Source of the DNA: Candidatus Woesearchaeota archaeon
Lineage (GTDB): Archaea > Nanobdellota > Nanobdellia > Woesearchaeales > SKIA01
Length of the DNA stretch: 64,000 nucleotides
Direction of reading: 5' to 3'
Assembly: GCA_046704725.1 (NCBI GenBank)
Contig: JBJKRI010000005.1
Coordinates: 64,001-128,000 of the forward strand
How positions within the stretch are numbered: position 1 is the stretch's first letter; each line of letters begins with the position of its first letter. The notes below the pieces were generated by a model, which saw only the letters and a program-made list of their open reading frames with translations, did no database searches and had not been told where the DNA came from. Positions 17,935 to 26,184 of this stretch are shown piece by piece. Made by a program: the position numbers and the translations under genes.

Positions 17935-19520
17935 CGGCGCTTGCGGACCGCGTAGAGGATGAGCAGCAGCGCGACGGCGGCAGCGACGAGTATCGCCCAG
18001 AGGGGGATGCCTGGCGTGCGCACGACAAAGGGCAATGTGGAGCGCTCGTTCTTCACCAATGAAAGAGCGCGCTGTCCGAAGAAGGCCTGCAAGGAGACCT
18101 CCTGGTTGGACTGCTCGTCCTGCAATGTGAGATTGAGCGGGATGGGCAACGTCGCCGTCTTGCCGGCGGCGACGGGAGTGACCGTCGAGGTCGCCTTGAG
18201 AAGTTCTCCGCCGCTGCGGACGTTGTCCGCCTCGACGAGGACGTACGCGTCGACCGTCCCGGTGTTCTTGACCTGGATCTCGAGGGCGTGGGCCGACGGG
18301 TCGTAGGAGGCGTCTGCGATCGTGATATTGCTCTTGTCGTCGATGGTGACATGCTCTATCGTGGCGTTGCCCTGCTTGATGAGCTCGAGGGTGTTCGGTG
18401 ACGCGCCGTACAAGAGGGTGTAGGGGAGCGTGGCGCCCGGGTCGGGCATGCTGTAGCGAACGGTCTTGTAGGTCTTGGCGTCGAGGAAGAGCGGGGCGCT
18501 GTCGCCGACGGTGCCGTTCGGGCCGCTGTAGGAGCCCGTGACGTACGTGGCGATGGTCCCGGGGTTCTGGTAGGTGACGAGCAGGGCGTGCTGGCTGGCG
18601 TCGTACTGGGCCTGCCCGATCGTGACCTCGGGGTTGGCGATGGGCACGGGGAACAGGTCGAGAGCGTACTGCTGCTGGTTCTGGCCCTGCGCGAACTTGA
18701 TGAAGATGCTGATGTTCGTCTTGTCCTTGATGAACTTGGCGTTGGGGGCGAGTGAGTTGCCGACGAGGACGGCGACGCTGAAATGGTGGGCAGTGATGAA
18801 GTCCAGGACGTCCTGCGGGACGTTCTGGCGCCCGATGAACAAGACGGGATCGTTGCCCATGATAAGACCTTGCTCGATGAACTCTCCGTTGGTGAGCTGC
18901 AAGGCCTTTGTCGGCGTGAGGTTGATGAAGCGCTGGACGAGGGCGAAGTTGTCGTCGAAGCGGTCCTGCTTGTTGATGACGACCGGATGGTCCTGGGAGA
19001 GGGTGTCGTACAGCGACGAGGGGATGTGGCCGTACAAGAGGAGCTCTTGCGGGTGCTTCTCGAGGATGATGGACTGCACTCCCGTGTGTGCGAAGACGAC
19101 CGAGGCGTGGCGCATCTTGGCGTAGGTCGCGACGCTGATCGCGTTGTAGCCGTAGGCGTCGTCCACGACGACGAGGTTGGTCGTGTTCGCGACGGTCGCG
19201 AAGTGCTGGTTGGTCGCGATGGGGTCCTCGCTGGTGTATTCATTGACGGTGAAGCCCTTGCTCTGGAGCATGGCGCGGAAACCCGGCATGGCCTGGTTGC
19301 GCCCGGTGATGAGCAGCACGTCCTTGTCGCCGCCGAGCGTGCTGAGGAGACGCTGCGCCTGGGTGGCGTTGATGACGAAATGCGCGGGCATGCCCTCCAC
19401 GGAGGCGTACTGCAATCCCGTGTAGACGTCGCGCCAGTCCTTGCTGTTGACAACGACCTGCTGCCCGAGGACGGGCGCTGCGAGCAAGACGATGAGGATT
19501 GCGACGATCCACGCTCTCAT
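17931..19520 (-). CDS. Secreted protein with C-terminal TM anchor (alpha/beta repeats resembling cell-wall-binding repeat 2, then Ig-like domains)
   Basis: Signal peptide; DRFDDN..PVLFIG..VPQDV repeat-like segments; C-terminal hydrophobic helix followed by RKRR. Confidence 0.85.
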   Translation of the reverse strand: MRAWIVAILIVLLAAPVLGQQVVVNSKDWRDVYTGLQYASVEGMPAHFVINATQAQRLLSTLGGDKDVLLITGRNQAMPGFRAMLQSKGFTVNEYTSEDPIATNQHFATVANTTNLVVVDDAYGYNAISVATYAKMRHASVVFAHTGVQSIILEKHPQELLLYGHIPSSLYDTLSQDHPVVINKQDRFDDNFALVQRFINLTPTKALQLTNGEFIEQGLIMGNDPVLFIGRQNVPQDVLDFITAHHFSVAVLVGNSLAPNAKFIKDKTNISIFIKFAQGQNQQQYALDLFPVPIANPEVTIGQAQYDASQHALLVTYQNPGTIATYVTGSYSGPNGTVGDSAPLFLDAKTYKTVRYSMPDPGATLPYTLLYGASPNTLELIKQGNATIEHVTIDDKSNITIADASYDPSAHALEIQVKNTGTVDAYVLVEADNVRSGGELLKATSTVTPVAAGKTATLPIPLNLTLQDEQSNQEVSLQAFFGQRALSLVKNERSTLPFVVRTPGIPLWAILVAAAVALLLILYAVRKRR

Positions 19521-19589
19521 GCCTCGCTGCCCGCAGGGACTGCTTAAAAAAGTGTGGTATGAAGCTGCTTGCCGCTCGCTGGAAAGGTG

Positions 19590-19632
19590 TGGGGGAGAAG
19601 AACGGAGAGAAAAGAGAAAAGAAAAGAGATGC
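19590..19632 (-). terminator. Pyrimidine/oligo-T terminator after the 228-aa secreted protein gene
   Basis: Minus strand reads CTCTTTTCTTTTCTCTTTTCTCTCC just after the stop codon. Confidence 0.6.
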
Positions 19633-19638
19633 TTCTGC

Positions 19639-20325
19639 CTAGATCTCCAGGTAGAAGTAATAGCTCTGGGTCGTGGCGTTCACGGGTACCATCAGCTGGA
19701 ACTGCGCGGTGTTACCGTTGTACGTGTCCGCTCCGGCAGATATCACATCTGTGCCGAAGACGGCGCCGGTCACACCACCGGTCGAGTCCTCACCGATGCA
19801 TGTCGTCCACTGTCCAGCCGTGCCGGTGCTGTTGAATGGGGTGACTCCCGCCGCTGAGGCGATCGCCGTTCCCGCATTGCAGGCAGTGCCGCTGAACGTG
19901 TTGTTGATGCTATCGGCATCCGAGGACGTGAAACCGTAGTCCGTGTCCAATGTCGCCAGGTTGGGCGTGCTCGCCGAGGTCACGGCGGTGATGCCGTTGC
20001 CCCAGTTCACATTGCTGTCCGGGCTGGCGAAGACACCTTGGAACGTGACACCGGTCCAGTCGTAGAACGTGCTGGAGCCGTCGCCGAGCTTGAGGCTTCC
20101 CGACACGTTGCCGTAGAAACCCTGCCACTTCTGCGTCCCTTGGTTGGAGCTGACGTTTACTTCCGTGACGTTACCGCCGCCGGCGGTGACCGAGTTCGCC
20201 GCTGGTGCGGAGTACTGCCCGGTCGCCCCGATGGTGCTCTGGCCAGCTTGGGGCGCGGCGAGCGCGAACCCGATGCCGAGCGTGAACACCATGGCGTACG
20301 CCATCAGGGTGATGAGTCGCTTCAT
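19639..20325 (-). CDS. Small secreted beta-rich protein (GNVTEVNV..WQGFYGNVSG..YYFYLEI); putative major filament subunit
   Basis: Signal peptide ending ALA, Gly/Thr/Ser-rich, one Cys pair, strong SD GAGGTGA, own promoter and terminator. Confidence 0.9.
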   Translation of the reverse strand: MKRLITLMAYAMVFTLGIGFALAAPQAGQSTIGATGQYSAPAANSVTAGGGNVTEVNVSSNQGTQKWQGFYGNVSGSLKLGDGSSTFYDWTGVTFQGVFASPDSNVNWGNGITAVTSASTPNLATLDTDYGFTSSDADSINNTFSGTACNAGTAIASAAGVTPFNSTGTAGQWTTCIGEDSTGGVTGAVFGTDVISAGADTYNGNTAQFQLMVPVNATTQSYYFYLEI

Positions 20326-20447
20326 GTTGTTGTTTCACCTCGCTGGTCTCGCACCCGGGGGACTTTTTCGGCAGAACCGAAAGGATTACCCTACCAGGAT
20401 ACGATTCCTGCTTTGAGTATACCTTTGTCTACACTGCTATATAAGGG
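20326..20447 (-). promoter_or_regulatory. TATA box plus long structured 5' leader with SD
   Basis: CTTATATA at about 20438-20445 (minus strand); hairpins CAGGA/TCCTG and TTTCGG/CCGAAA; GAGGTGA before the ATG. Confidence 0.55.
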
Positions 20448-20528
20448 TTATGTGTGTACGGAGCCGAATAGAGGTTCTTTTAAAAGGAAAGAGCGGCTTT
20501 TTAAGAGAAGAGCGGCCGGAAACGACCG

Positions 20529-21758
20529 ATGCGCCTCAAACTCCTCATCACCATCCTGCTGCTCGCCCAGATCGTGCTGTTCGGAGACCTCCTGTACCAC
20601 ATCGGGAGCGGGCAACAAGGCCTTGTCGTGGCCCATGCAGGGCAAGTGAGCTTCGTGCAGATCACGCCCGCGTCGCCATGGGGCGGCTCGTCAGGGATGC
20701 TGAGCCCGGCAGGACAGACCTCCATATCCATCACTGCCAACACCATCACGCAACAGAACGTCTCCTTCAACGACCCGAAGAACAACTGCAGCCGCACAGA
20801 GCTCGTCGCCGCGGTGACAGCGACCAACGTCACGGCCGTCGGGCCCGTGGACCCCGCGTACGCCGACACGCAACTCGGCTTCGACAGCAACAGCCCGCTG
20901 TCGGTGGAACGCATGTTCACCACGCAAGAGACCTACAGCCTGGCAGGACAGAACGTGACCTTGTGGAGCACGCGCACGCACGGCGCGCTCACGGACTTCA
21001 TCGAAGGGGTCGGGCAAGCGAACGGGCAGATCGTCTTCGTGACAGAGACGGTACGCAACGGCGAGGACTACCAAGGGAATCCCGCGAACTACCAATTCAT
21101 CCTGCCCCCCGGAGCCTGGCAAGTGACCTACGACGGCACGGACGTGTGCAGCGTGCTCTCGCAATACCAGCAACCCAACGCGACGCCCACGAGCGGAAGA
21201 CTGGTGTCGGCATTGCCGGACCGCATCTGCACAGGACAGCCAACGACGATGTACGCCGCGTACACCATCGACCGCACCTACTGCCTGCCGCAGGACGTGG
21301 GCGGCCCAACGTGCGGGCCGGCCAAGAACGTGCAGGCGGAGATCGACCGCAACGGTTCGACGCTACAGACCACGACGACCGGAGCGGACGGCAGCATCGG
21401 CTTCACGCCGGGACAGAGCGCGACCTACGTGCTGCACCTGAAGAGCGCGAACCAAAGCGTGACCACGCGGTTCACGACGCAGACTTGTCTCGCAGCGGGA
21501 CAGACATCATCGGGAACGACGGTGCAAGAGCCGGCGCCGAGCGTGACGCTGCTGCCCGGACTCAACAGCTCGAGCCCGCAGACGCAATCGCCCGGCACCG
21601 TAGCGGCGCGCGTGGGAGCCGACTACACGCTCATCAGCATCCTCACCGTGCTCATCGTCGGACTCTCCTTGTACGGCTACTATGAAAGCTTCCGCGACGC
21701 GAGCCCATTCCTGCTGCGGCTACGGATCTGGTGGTACGAGCACATCATGCGCCGTTAG
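20529..21758 (+). CDS. Membrane-anchored divergent paralogue of the 19639-20325 protein; putative filament base
   Basis: N-terminal hydrophobic segment, shared motifs (ADTQLGF, IVFVTE..GEDYQGNPANYQFILP), prealbumin-like TTTGADG domain, S/T/P linker, C-terminal TM. Confidence 0.85.
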   Translation: MRLKLLITILLLAQIVLFGDLLYHIGSGQQGLVVAHAGQVSFVQITPASPWGGSSGMLSPAGQTSISITANTITQQNVSFNDPKNNCSRTELVAAVTATNVTAVGPVDPAYADTQLGFDSNSPLSVERMFTTQETYSLAGQNVTLWSTRTHGALTDFIEGVGQANGQIVFVTETVRNGEDYQGNPANYQFILPPGAWQVTYDGTDVCSVLSQYQQPNATPTSGRLVSALPDRICTGQPTTMYAAYTIDRTYCLPQDVGGPTCGPAKNVQAEIDRNGSTLQTTTTGADGSIGFTPGQSATYVLHLKSANQSVTTRFTTQTCLAAGQTSSGTTVQEPAPSVTLLPGLNSSSPQTQSPGTVAARVGADYTLISILTVLIVGLSLYGYYESFRDASPFLLRLRIWWYEHIMRR

Positions 21759-21792
21759 GAACCCATAAGAACGGTCAACGAGAACGGAGGCT

Positions 21793-22059
21793 ATGCGCTG
21801 GAAGCCTGTCCTGTCTCTCGCGGGCATCATCGCCGTGCTCGGCCACGCTCCTGTCCGACCCACCATCGACGTGTATTCGCGGATCGCGTCAGAGGACAGC
21901 GCATTCGTCCAGGCGCTCCCCGAGCCTTACACGCGGCGCAAGGCCCTCCGTGCCGGCAAGAAGCGGAGCGACCCCGCGCGTGCCGCTTCAGGCCCGACGC
22001 CAGCCATCTTCTGCACGCCTTCAAGACTCGTGGAAGCGCTGAAGAACGGGCTCTCATAG
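21793..22059 (+). CDS. Hypothetical protein with signal-like N-terminus
   Basis: CATAAG box about 25 nt upstream; hydrophobic N-terminus. Confidence 0.45.
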   Translation: MRWKPVLSLAGIIAVLGHAPVRPTIDVYSRIASEDSAFVQALPEPYTRRKALRAGKKRSDPARAASGPTPAIFCTPSRLVEALKNGLS

Positions 22060-22124
22060 AACGTTTCGGGCTGCAGCCCCTCACACTCACGTTCACGACG
22101 GACTCCGCATGGGCCTATAGTGTG

Positions 22125-22673
22125 ATGGAGCGTTCCCTCCCTGATGCGCGCATGCTTGCTCGCATGACGGATTACCTGCGCAAGGGAAACGTGATGGCGT
22201 TCATCAAGCACGACACGATATACGTGAATCCGCGGGGAATGGAGATCACGTCTCCTCGAGGCATCGAACGCAACTCCGTCCATGAGCGCATGCACGCGTA
22301 CAATCCTGAGCTCTTCGCCCGATTCGGCCCGCAAGGGGGTCCTGATGATTCTCCCCTGCTCGATGAAGCGTTCGCCGTCTACTTCTCCAACCGGCTCGTC
22401 TATCAGCACGAACATCCCGGCGCGAGCGAAGCGGACATCGCGCGCGCATTGCAGGAACGCTTCTTGAACAAAGCAAAAGCTTGGAGGTACTTCATGGGCG
22501 TGTCGGCAGCAAACTTGCGGAAAGGCGTCCAATACGTGTATGTGCCGGAGATTATCACAGGTCTCGTGCGCGAGCACGGGTTGGAGCAAGGGATGCGGAT
22601 CGCGCTTTCGAGAACGTATGACTACAGTGAGCGATCACTTGCGCGGGCCGAGAAAGGCCGTCCACACCCGTGA
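22125..22673 (+). CDS. Hypothetical protein
   Basis: ORF fills the gap with plausible composition; HE..H..DEAFA has a weak zincin-like look. Confidence 0.55.
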   Translation: MERSLPDARMLARMTDYLRKGNVMAFIKHDTIYVNPRGMEITSPRGIERNSVHERMHAYNPELFARFGPQGGPDDSPLLDEAFAVYFSNRLVYQHEHPGASEADIARALQERFLNKAKAWRYFMGVSAANLRKGVQYVYVPEIITGLVREHGLEQGMRIALSRTYDYSERSLARAEKGRPHP

Positions 22674-23366
22674 AGGGACATGCGACGGACCGATATGGCC
22701 GCCTTCGGGGACGCGCGTGAGCGAGACCTGGACCTGTTTTGCCAGCCACTCGGAATGCGCGATCGGAACGACGGTATCGTCGCGCGCGGCGACTACGAAT
22801 ATCGTGGCGTGATGCAAGGCCTTGACCTCGTCGGCGGGATTGACGACGCCCCACTCGTCCCAATCATCGCCGGGGCGCATCGTCTTCGGGAACGCGCGGC
22901 GCATGATGCGCTTGAGCTCGGCATCATCCTCTCCGAGTTCCATCTTCCAATCTACGACCGGGCTGATCGCCAGGACGCGCTGGATGTGCAGGCGCGCGGT
23001 AGCGACCAATGCCAATGCGCCGCCGAACGATGTGCCGAGCAACGCGACCTCGCGGCAGCGCCACGAGACGTCCGTATCGCCCCAGAGCTCCGTTCCCGTG
23101 CCCCCTTCGCAGAAGGCGACGCAGCGACGGACCATGCGCAACGCCTGGCGCGGGCTGAAGGTGCCTGAGCTGTCATACGTGCCGGGATAGCTCGGGACGA
23201 GCACGGACCAGCCGCGCGAGACGGCCTCGACGACAGCGGGATGATGCTTGCTCAACGGTGCGCCCGGAGGCATGCCCGAGAGCGAGACGAGGAAACGCGG
23301 GCCCGGCGCGCCCTCGAAAAACAGCGATGCCTGGACGCCGGAGAAGCGGAAGAGCAGATGTTCCAT
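22635..23366 (-). CDS. Alpha/beta hydrolase
   Basis: GTSFGG nucleophile elbow, DDTVVP Asp, GGH His; start ATG 23366. Confidence 0.85.
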   Translation of the reverse strand: MEHLLFRFSGVQASLFFEGAPGPRFLVSLSGMPPGAPLSKHHPAVVEAVSRGWSVLVPSYPGTYDSSGTFSPRQALRMVRRCVAFCEGGTGTELWGDTDVSWRCREVALLGTSFGGALALVATARLHIQRVLAISPVVDWKMELGEDDAELKRIMRRAFPKTMRPGDDWDEWGVVNPADEVKALHHATIFVVAARDDTVVPIAHSEWLAKQVQVSLTRVPEGGHIGPSHVPSRVWTAFLGPRK

Positions 23367-23451
23367 ACGTAAAGTGCGCAGGCGTCGCTTAAAAGCGTTC
23401 AGCCTTGGCATCACCAGAGGATTTATAAAGCAACTTCGAATCTCCACGAGC

Positions 23452-23856
23452 ATGGGTGAAGTCAAGCTCGCCAGCGTCAGTTCCCTCAAGAAAGGGAGCT
23501 ATATCGTCCTCGAAGGGGCCGCGTGCAGCGTCGTGGACCTGAAGACCTCGCGCCCCGGAAAGCACGGTCACGCGAAGGTCAACCTCATGGCGGTGGGCAT
23601 GCTCGACGGCAAGAAGCGCAACGCGGTCATGCCGGGACACGACAACGTCGAGGTCCCCATCATCGACAAGCGCAACGCCCAAGTGCTGTCCGCGACGAAC
23701 GAGAGCGCGAACGTCATGGACATGGAGACCTACGAGACCTTCGACCTCGTCGTCCCTCCAGAACTCAAGGGCAAGGTCAGCGAAGGACAGATCGTGGTGT
23801 ACTGGGTCGTGCTCGACGACCGCGTGCTCAAACAGATCAAGAGCGAGGCTGAATAA
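23452..23856 (+). CDS. eif5a: Translation factor aIF-5A
   Basis: SRPGKHGHAK hypusine motif; VPIIDKR..QVL; MDMETYETF. Confidence 0.97.
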   Translation: MGEVKLASVSSLKKGSYIVLEGAACSVVDLKTSRPGKHGHAKVNLMAVGMLDGKKRNAVMPGHDNVEVPIIDKRNAQVLSATNESANVMDMETYETFDLVVPPELKGKVSEGQIVVYWVVLDDRVLKQIKSEAE

Positions 23857-23857
23857 A

Positions 23858-24019
23858 ATGGTCGTGTTCCCCGAAGCAACCCAGCGATTGTACAAGGACG
23901 TGTACGTGTGCAAGCGCTGCAAGAGCAAGGTCAAGGCACAGAACCTGCAGGTGCAGGCCGGGAAAGTGGCCTGCCGCAAGTGCGGAAGCCACGCACTGCG
24001 CACCGTGCGCAAGAAGTAA
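23858..24019 (+). CDS. rpl40e: 50S ribosomal protein L40e (not in the ORF track)
   Basis: Hand translation MVVFPEATQRLYKDVYVCKRCKSKVKAQNLQVQAGKVACRKCGSHALRTVRKK; FPEA..CxxC..CRKCG..LR pattern. Confidence 0.9.
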   Translation: MVVFPEATQRLYKDVYVCKRCKSKVKAQNLQVQAGKVACRKCGSHALRTVRKK

Positions 24020-24050
24020 AGCATAAATAGTCCTTTCTCGAGAGCGCGAT

Positions 24051-24605
24051 GTGCTATTCAGGAACTATCTTCTCGCCGGCTTCCGCTATCTCACCTTCGA
24101 CAAGAAGACCATCCGCGAGGCGGCCGAGGAGCCCAGAGCGTTCTATTGGGGGATCGGACTGGCAGTGTTCTGGGCGCTGCTCAGCGTGCTGGTCCTCGTC
24201 CTTGAGTACGACGGGTATACCATGCTCAATGACTTCATCCTGGCCGGCGTCCAGCTCGTGCTCGGATTCGCGCTCATCGCCATCGTGCACGGCGTCGCGC
24301 GCCTGCTCGGCGGGAAGGCGCGCTACACGCAGATGTACGGTGTGTGGGCCGCGCTCATCGTGCCAGAAGCGGCATTCTCCCTCGCGCTCGGCCACACCTA
24401 TCTATCGTTCCTCGTCGTGGTCCATTTCCTGCTCTCGCTCCTCATTCTCGTCGCGTCCGTGTTCGCGGTGCGCGAGATCTACAGTCTTCCGATATGGAAG
24501 GCGATCGTCAGCGTCCTTGTGCCGGTGGTGCTGTTCGGCATGCTCATCATCATTCTCGCCGGTTACAGCGCGCTCATCGTCGCCGCAATCAACACCCATC
24601 CATAA
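24051..24605 (+). CDS. Yip1-domain membrane protein
   Basis: About five TM helices, HGVARLLGGKARY motif. Confidence 0.82.
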   Translation: MLFRNYLLAGFRYLTFDKKTIREAAEEPRAFYWGIGLAVFWALLSVLVLVLEYDGYTMLNDFILAGVQLVLGFALIAIVHGVARLLGGKARYTQMYGVWAALIVPEAAFSLALGHTYLSFLVVVHFLLSLLILVASVFAVREIYSLPIWKAIVSVLVPVVLFGMLIIILAGYSALIVAAINTHP

Positions 24606-24642
24606 TGAAAACCTTAAATAGGAGCCTTTCCAGGTCTTCCGC

Positions 24643-25236
24643 ATGACATTCGGCTCCTACATCTCCAACGGCTTCCGATTCTTGACCTTCAAGGCGGACG
24701 CTGTCCATTCGGTGCGCGACGACGAGAATTCCTTCCGATACGGATTGGGGATACTGACCGCCGTGTCGCTGCTCGTCTTCCTTGCCTTCGGCGCGCTCGG
24801 AAGCCTGGTGGTCGGGTTGTTCGCGGGCGGGACCGGATTCGCGTCGGGATGGGTCTTCGGAGTCGTCGCGGGCATCTTCACGTTCGTCCTCGGATTCGTC
24901 GGGCCCGGCATCATCCACTTGTGCGCACGGCTCTTCGGCGGCAAGGCACGCGTCACGCAATACTTCTCTGTCGTCATGGCGATGACGATACCGTCGTTCA
25001 TCATATCGATCATCCTGGGGATACTCAATGTGATACCGTTCCTCGGTGTCCTCCTCTCATTGATCTGGGATGTCTACGCGTTCATCATCGGCGTCTTCCT
25101 CGTGAGAGAGACCTACACGATGTCCACGCTGCGAGCTGTCTTCGCGGTGCTACTGCCGGTGATCGTTGTGTTCATCTTGTTCGTCGCGTTCTTCGCGTCG
25201 CTCATGCCGTTCAGCGCGATGTCCGGACTGCCCTAG
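24643..25236 (+). CDS. Yip1-domain membrane protein (paralogue of the preceding gene)
   Basis: HLCARLFGGKARV, VRETY..AVLLP; own TATA CCTTAAATA. Confidence 0.85.
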   Translation: MTFGSYISNGFRFLTFKADAVHSVRDDENSFRYGLGILTAVSLLVFLAFGALGSLVVGLFAGGTGFASGWVFGVVAGIFTFVLGFVGPGIIHLCARLFGGKARVTQYFSVVMAMTIPSFIISIILGILNVIPFLGVLLSLIWDVYAFIIGVFLVRETYTMSTLRAVFAVLLPVIVVFILFVAFFASLMPFSAMSGLP

Positions 25237-26104
25237 GCTCGTGCGCTGCGAGGTTGCGTGAGACCGTCTGGTAGACGTCCTGCACGGCTGGGACGAGATT
25301 GCGCAACGCGCGCACGAACGATTCGGGGCGATCCTCCCACTGTACGGCCCTGTAGAGCAGGTCGGCGACCGTTCCGCGGAAGCTGCGCGGAAGGTCATCA
25401 CGCCCTTTCGCCATCCGTATCGTCGTGAAGGAATCGTAGGACGTCGAGAACCAGTGCTTCCTCTGGGCGTGGGTGGTGGTGAGGACGGTGAACAGATCAG
25501 CATCATCGTGCGCGGCGGTCACCTGAAGCTCGCTTCCATCGTGGATGCCCACGGTGTACGAGATACCCTCCTGCTCGCTGACCATCGGGGAGAGATCCCT
25601 ACCAACGCCCTGCAGGACCGCAGTGAGCGGCCCATGATAGAGCGACTGGACACGCTCCAGGTCCATGGGGAGCGTCGATGGCTCCTCGAGCGACTGCCCC
25701 GCAGGGACCATGGACTCGAGATTGCGCTGCAACGCGTCGCGGACGGACCGGTACGCCTCGGGCAGGCCCGCGATGCTGCGGGCAGTGTCCGTGCCCTCCT
25801 GCGCGAGTTCCCAGACCGCATCGCTGAAGGATATCGGATGGTGCTGTGGGAAACGGACGCGGAGATGGGGGCTGCGCCCGGTGCGCGACTCCACATCGAA
25901 CAGCCGTTCCTCGCCCTCGAGCACCTCGGCGTAAAGCACGTAGCTCTGGCCGTGCGGCTTGCCGTTCCAGACGATGCGGCGCTCATCCTGCCGCAACGCG
26001 AACGGACCGATCTGGTCCCCGAGATATGCCGCCGTCTTCTCCGCTTCCTCACGCACAGCGTCCTCGATGGTCTGTACGCGTCCGGCCAGGGTCTGTTCTT
26101 CCAT
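25211..26104 (-). CDS. Hypothetical protein
   Basis: 297-aa ORF filling the gap, TTTAGAA box upstream, no recognised motif. Confidence 0.65.
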   Translation of the reverse strand: MEEQTLAGRVQTIEDAVREEAEKTAAYLGDQIGPFALRQDERRIVWNGKPHGQSYVLYAEVLEGEERLFDVESRTGRSPHLRVRFPQHHPISFSDAVWELAQEGTDTARSIAGLPEAYRSVRDALQRNLESMVPAGQSLEEPSTLPMDLERVQSLYHGPLTAVLQGVGRDLSPMVSEQEGISYTVGIHDGSELQVTAAHDDADLFTVLTTTHAQRKHWFSTSYDSFTTIRMAKGRDDLPRSFRGTVADLLYRAVQWEDRPESFVRALRNLVPAVQDVYQTVSRNLAAHEPRAVRTSR

Positions 26105-26184
26105 CGGTCACGCATGCTCTTCGCATTCTAAACCCTTGTGGAAAACCGACGGCTTCTTAAACGCGGAGCGTGTCGAGAAGGCTC

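Noticed and set aside
13555-21758. Type IV pilus/archaellum or diversity-generating retroelement explanation for the surface locus
   Set aside because: No class III signal peptides, assembly ATPase or TadC gene, and no reverse transcriptase or TR/VR repeat pair in the window.
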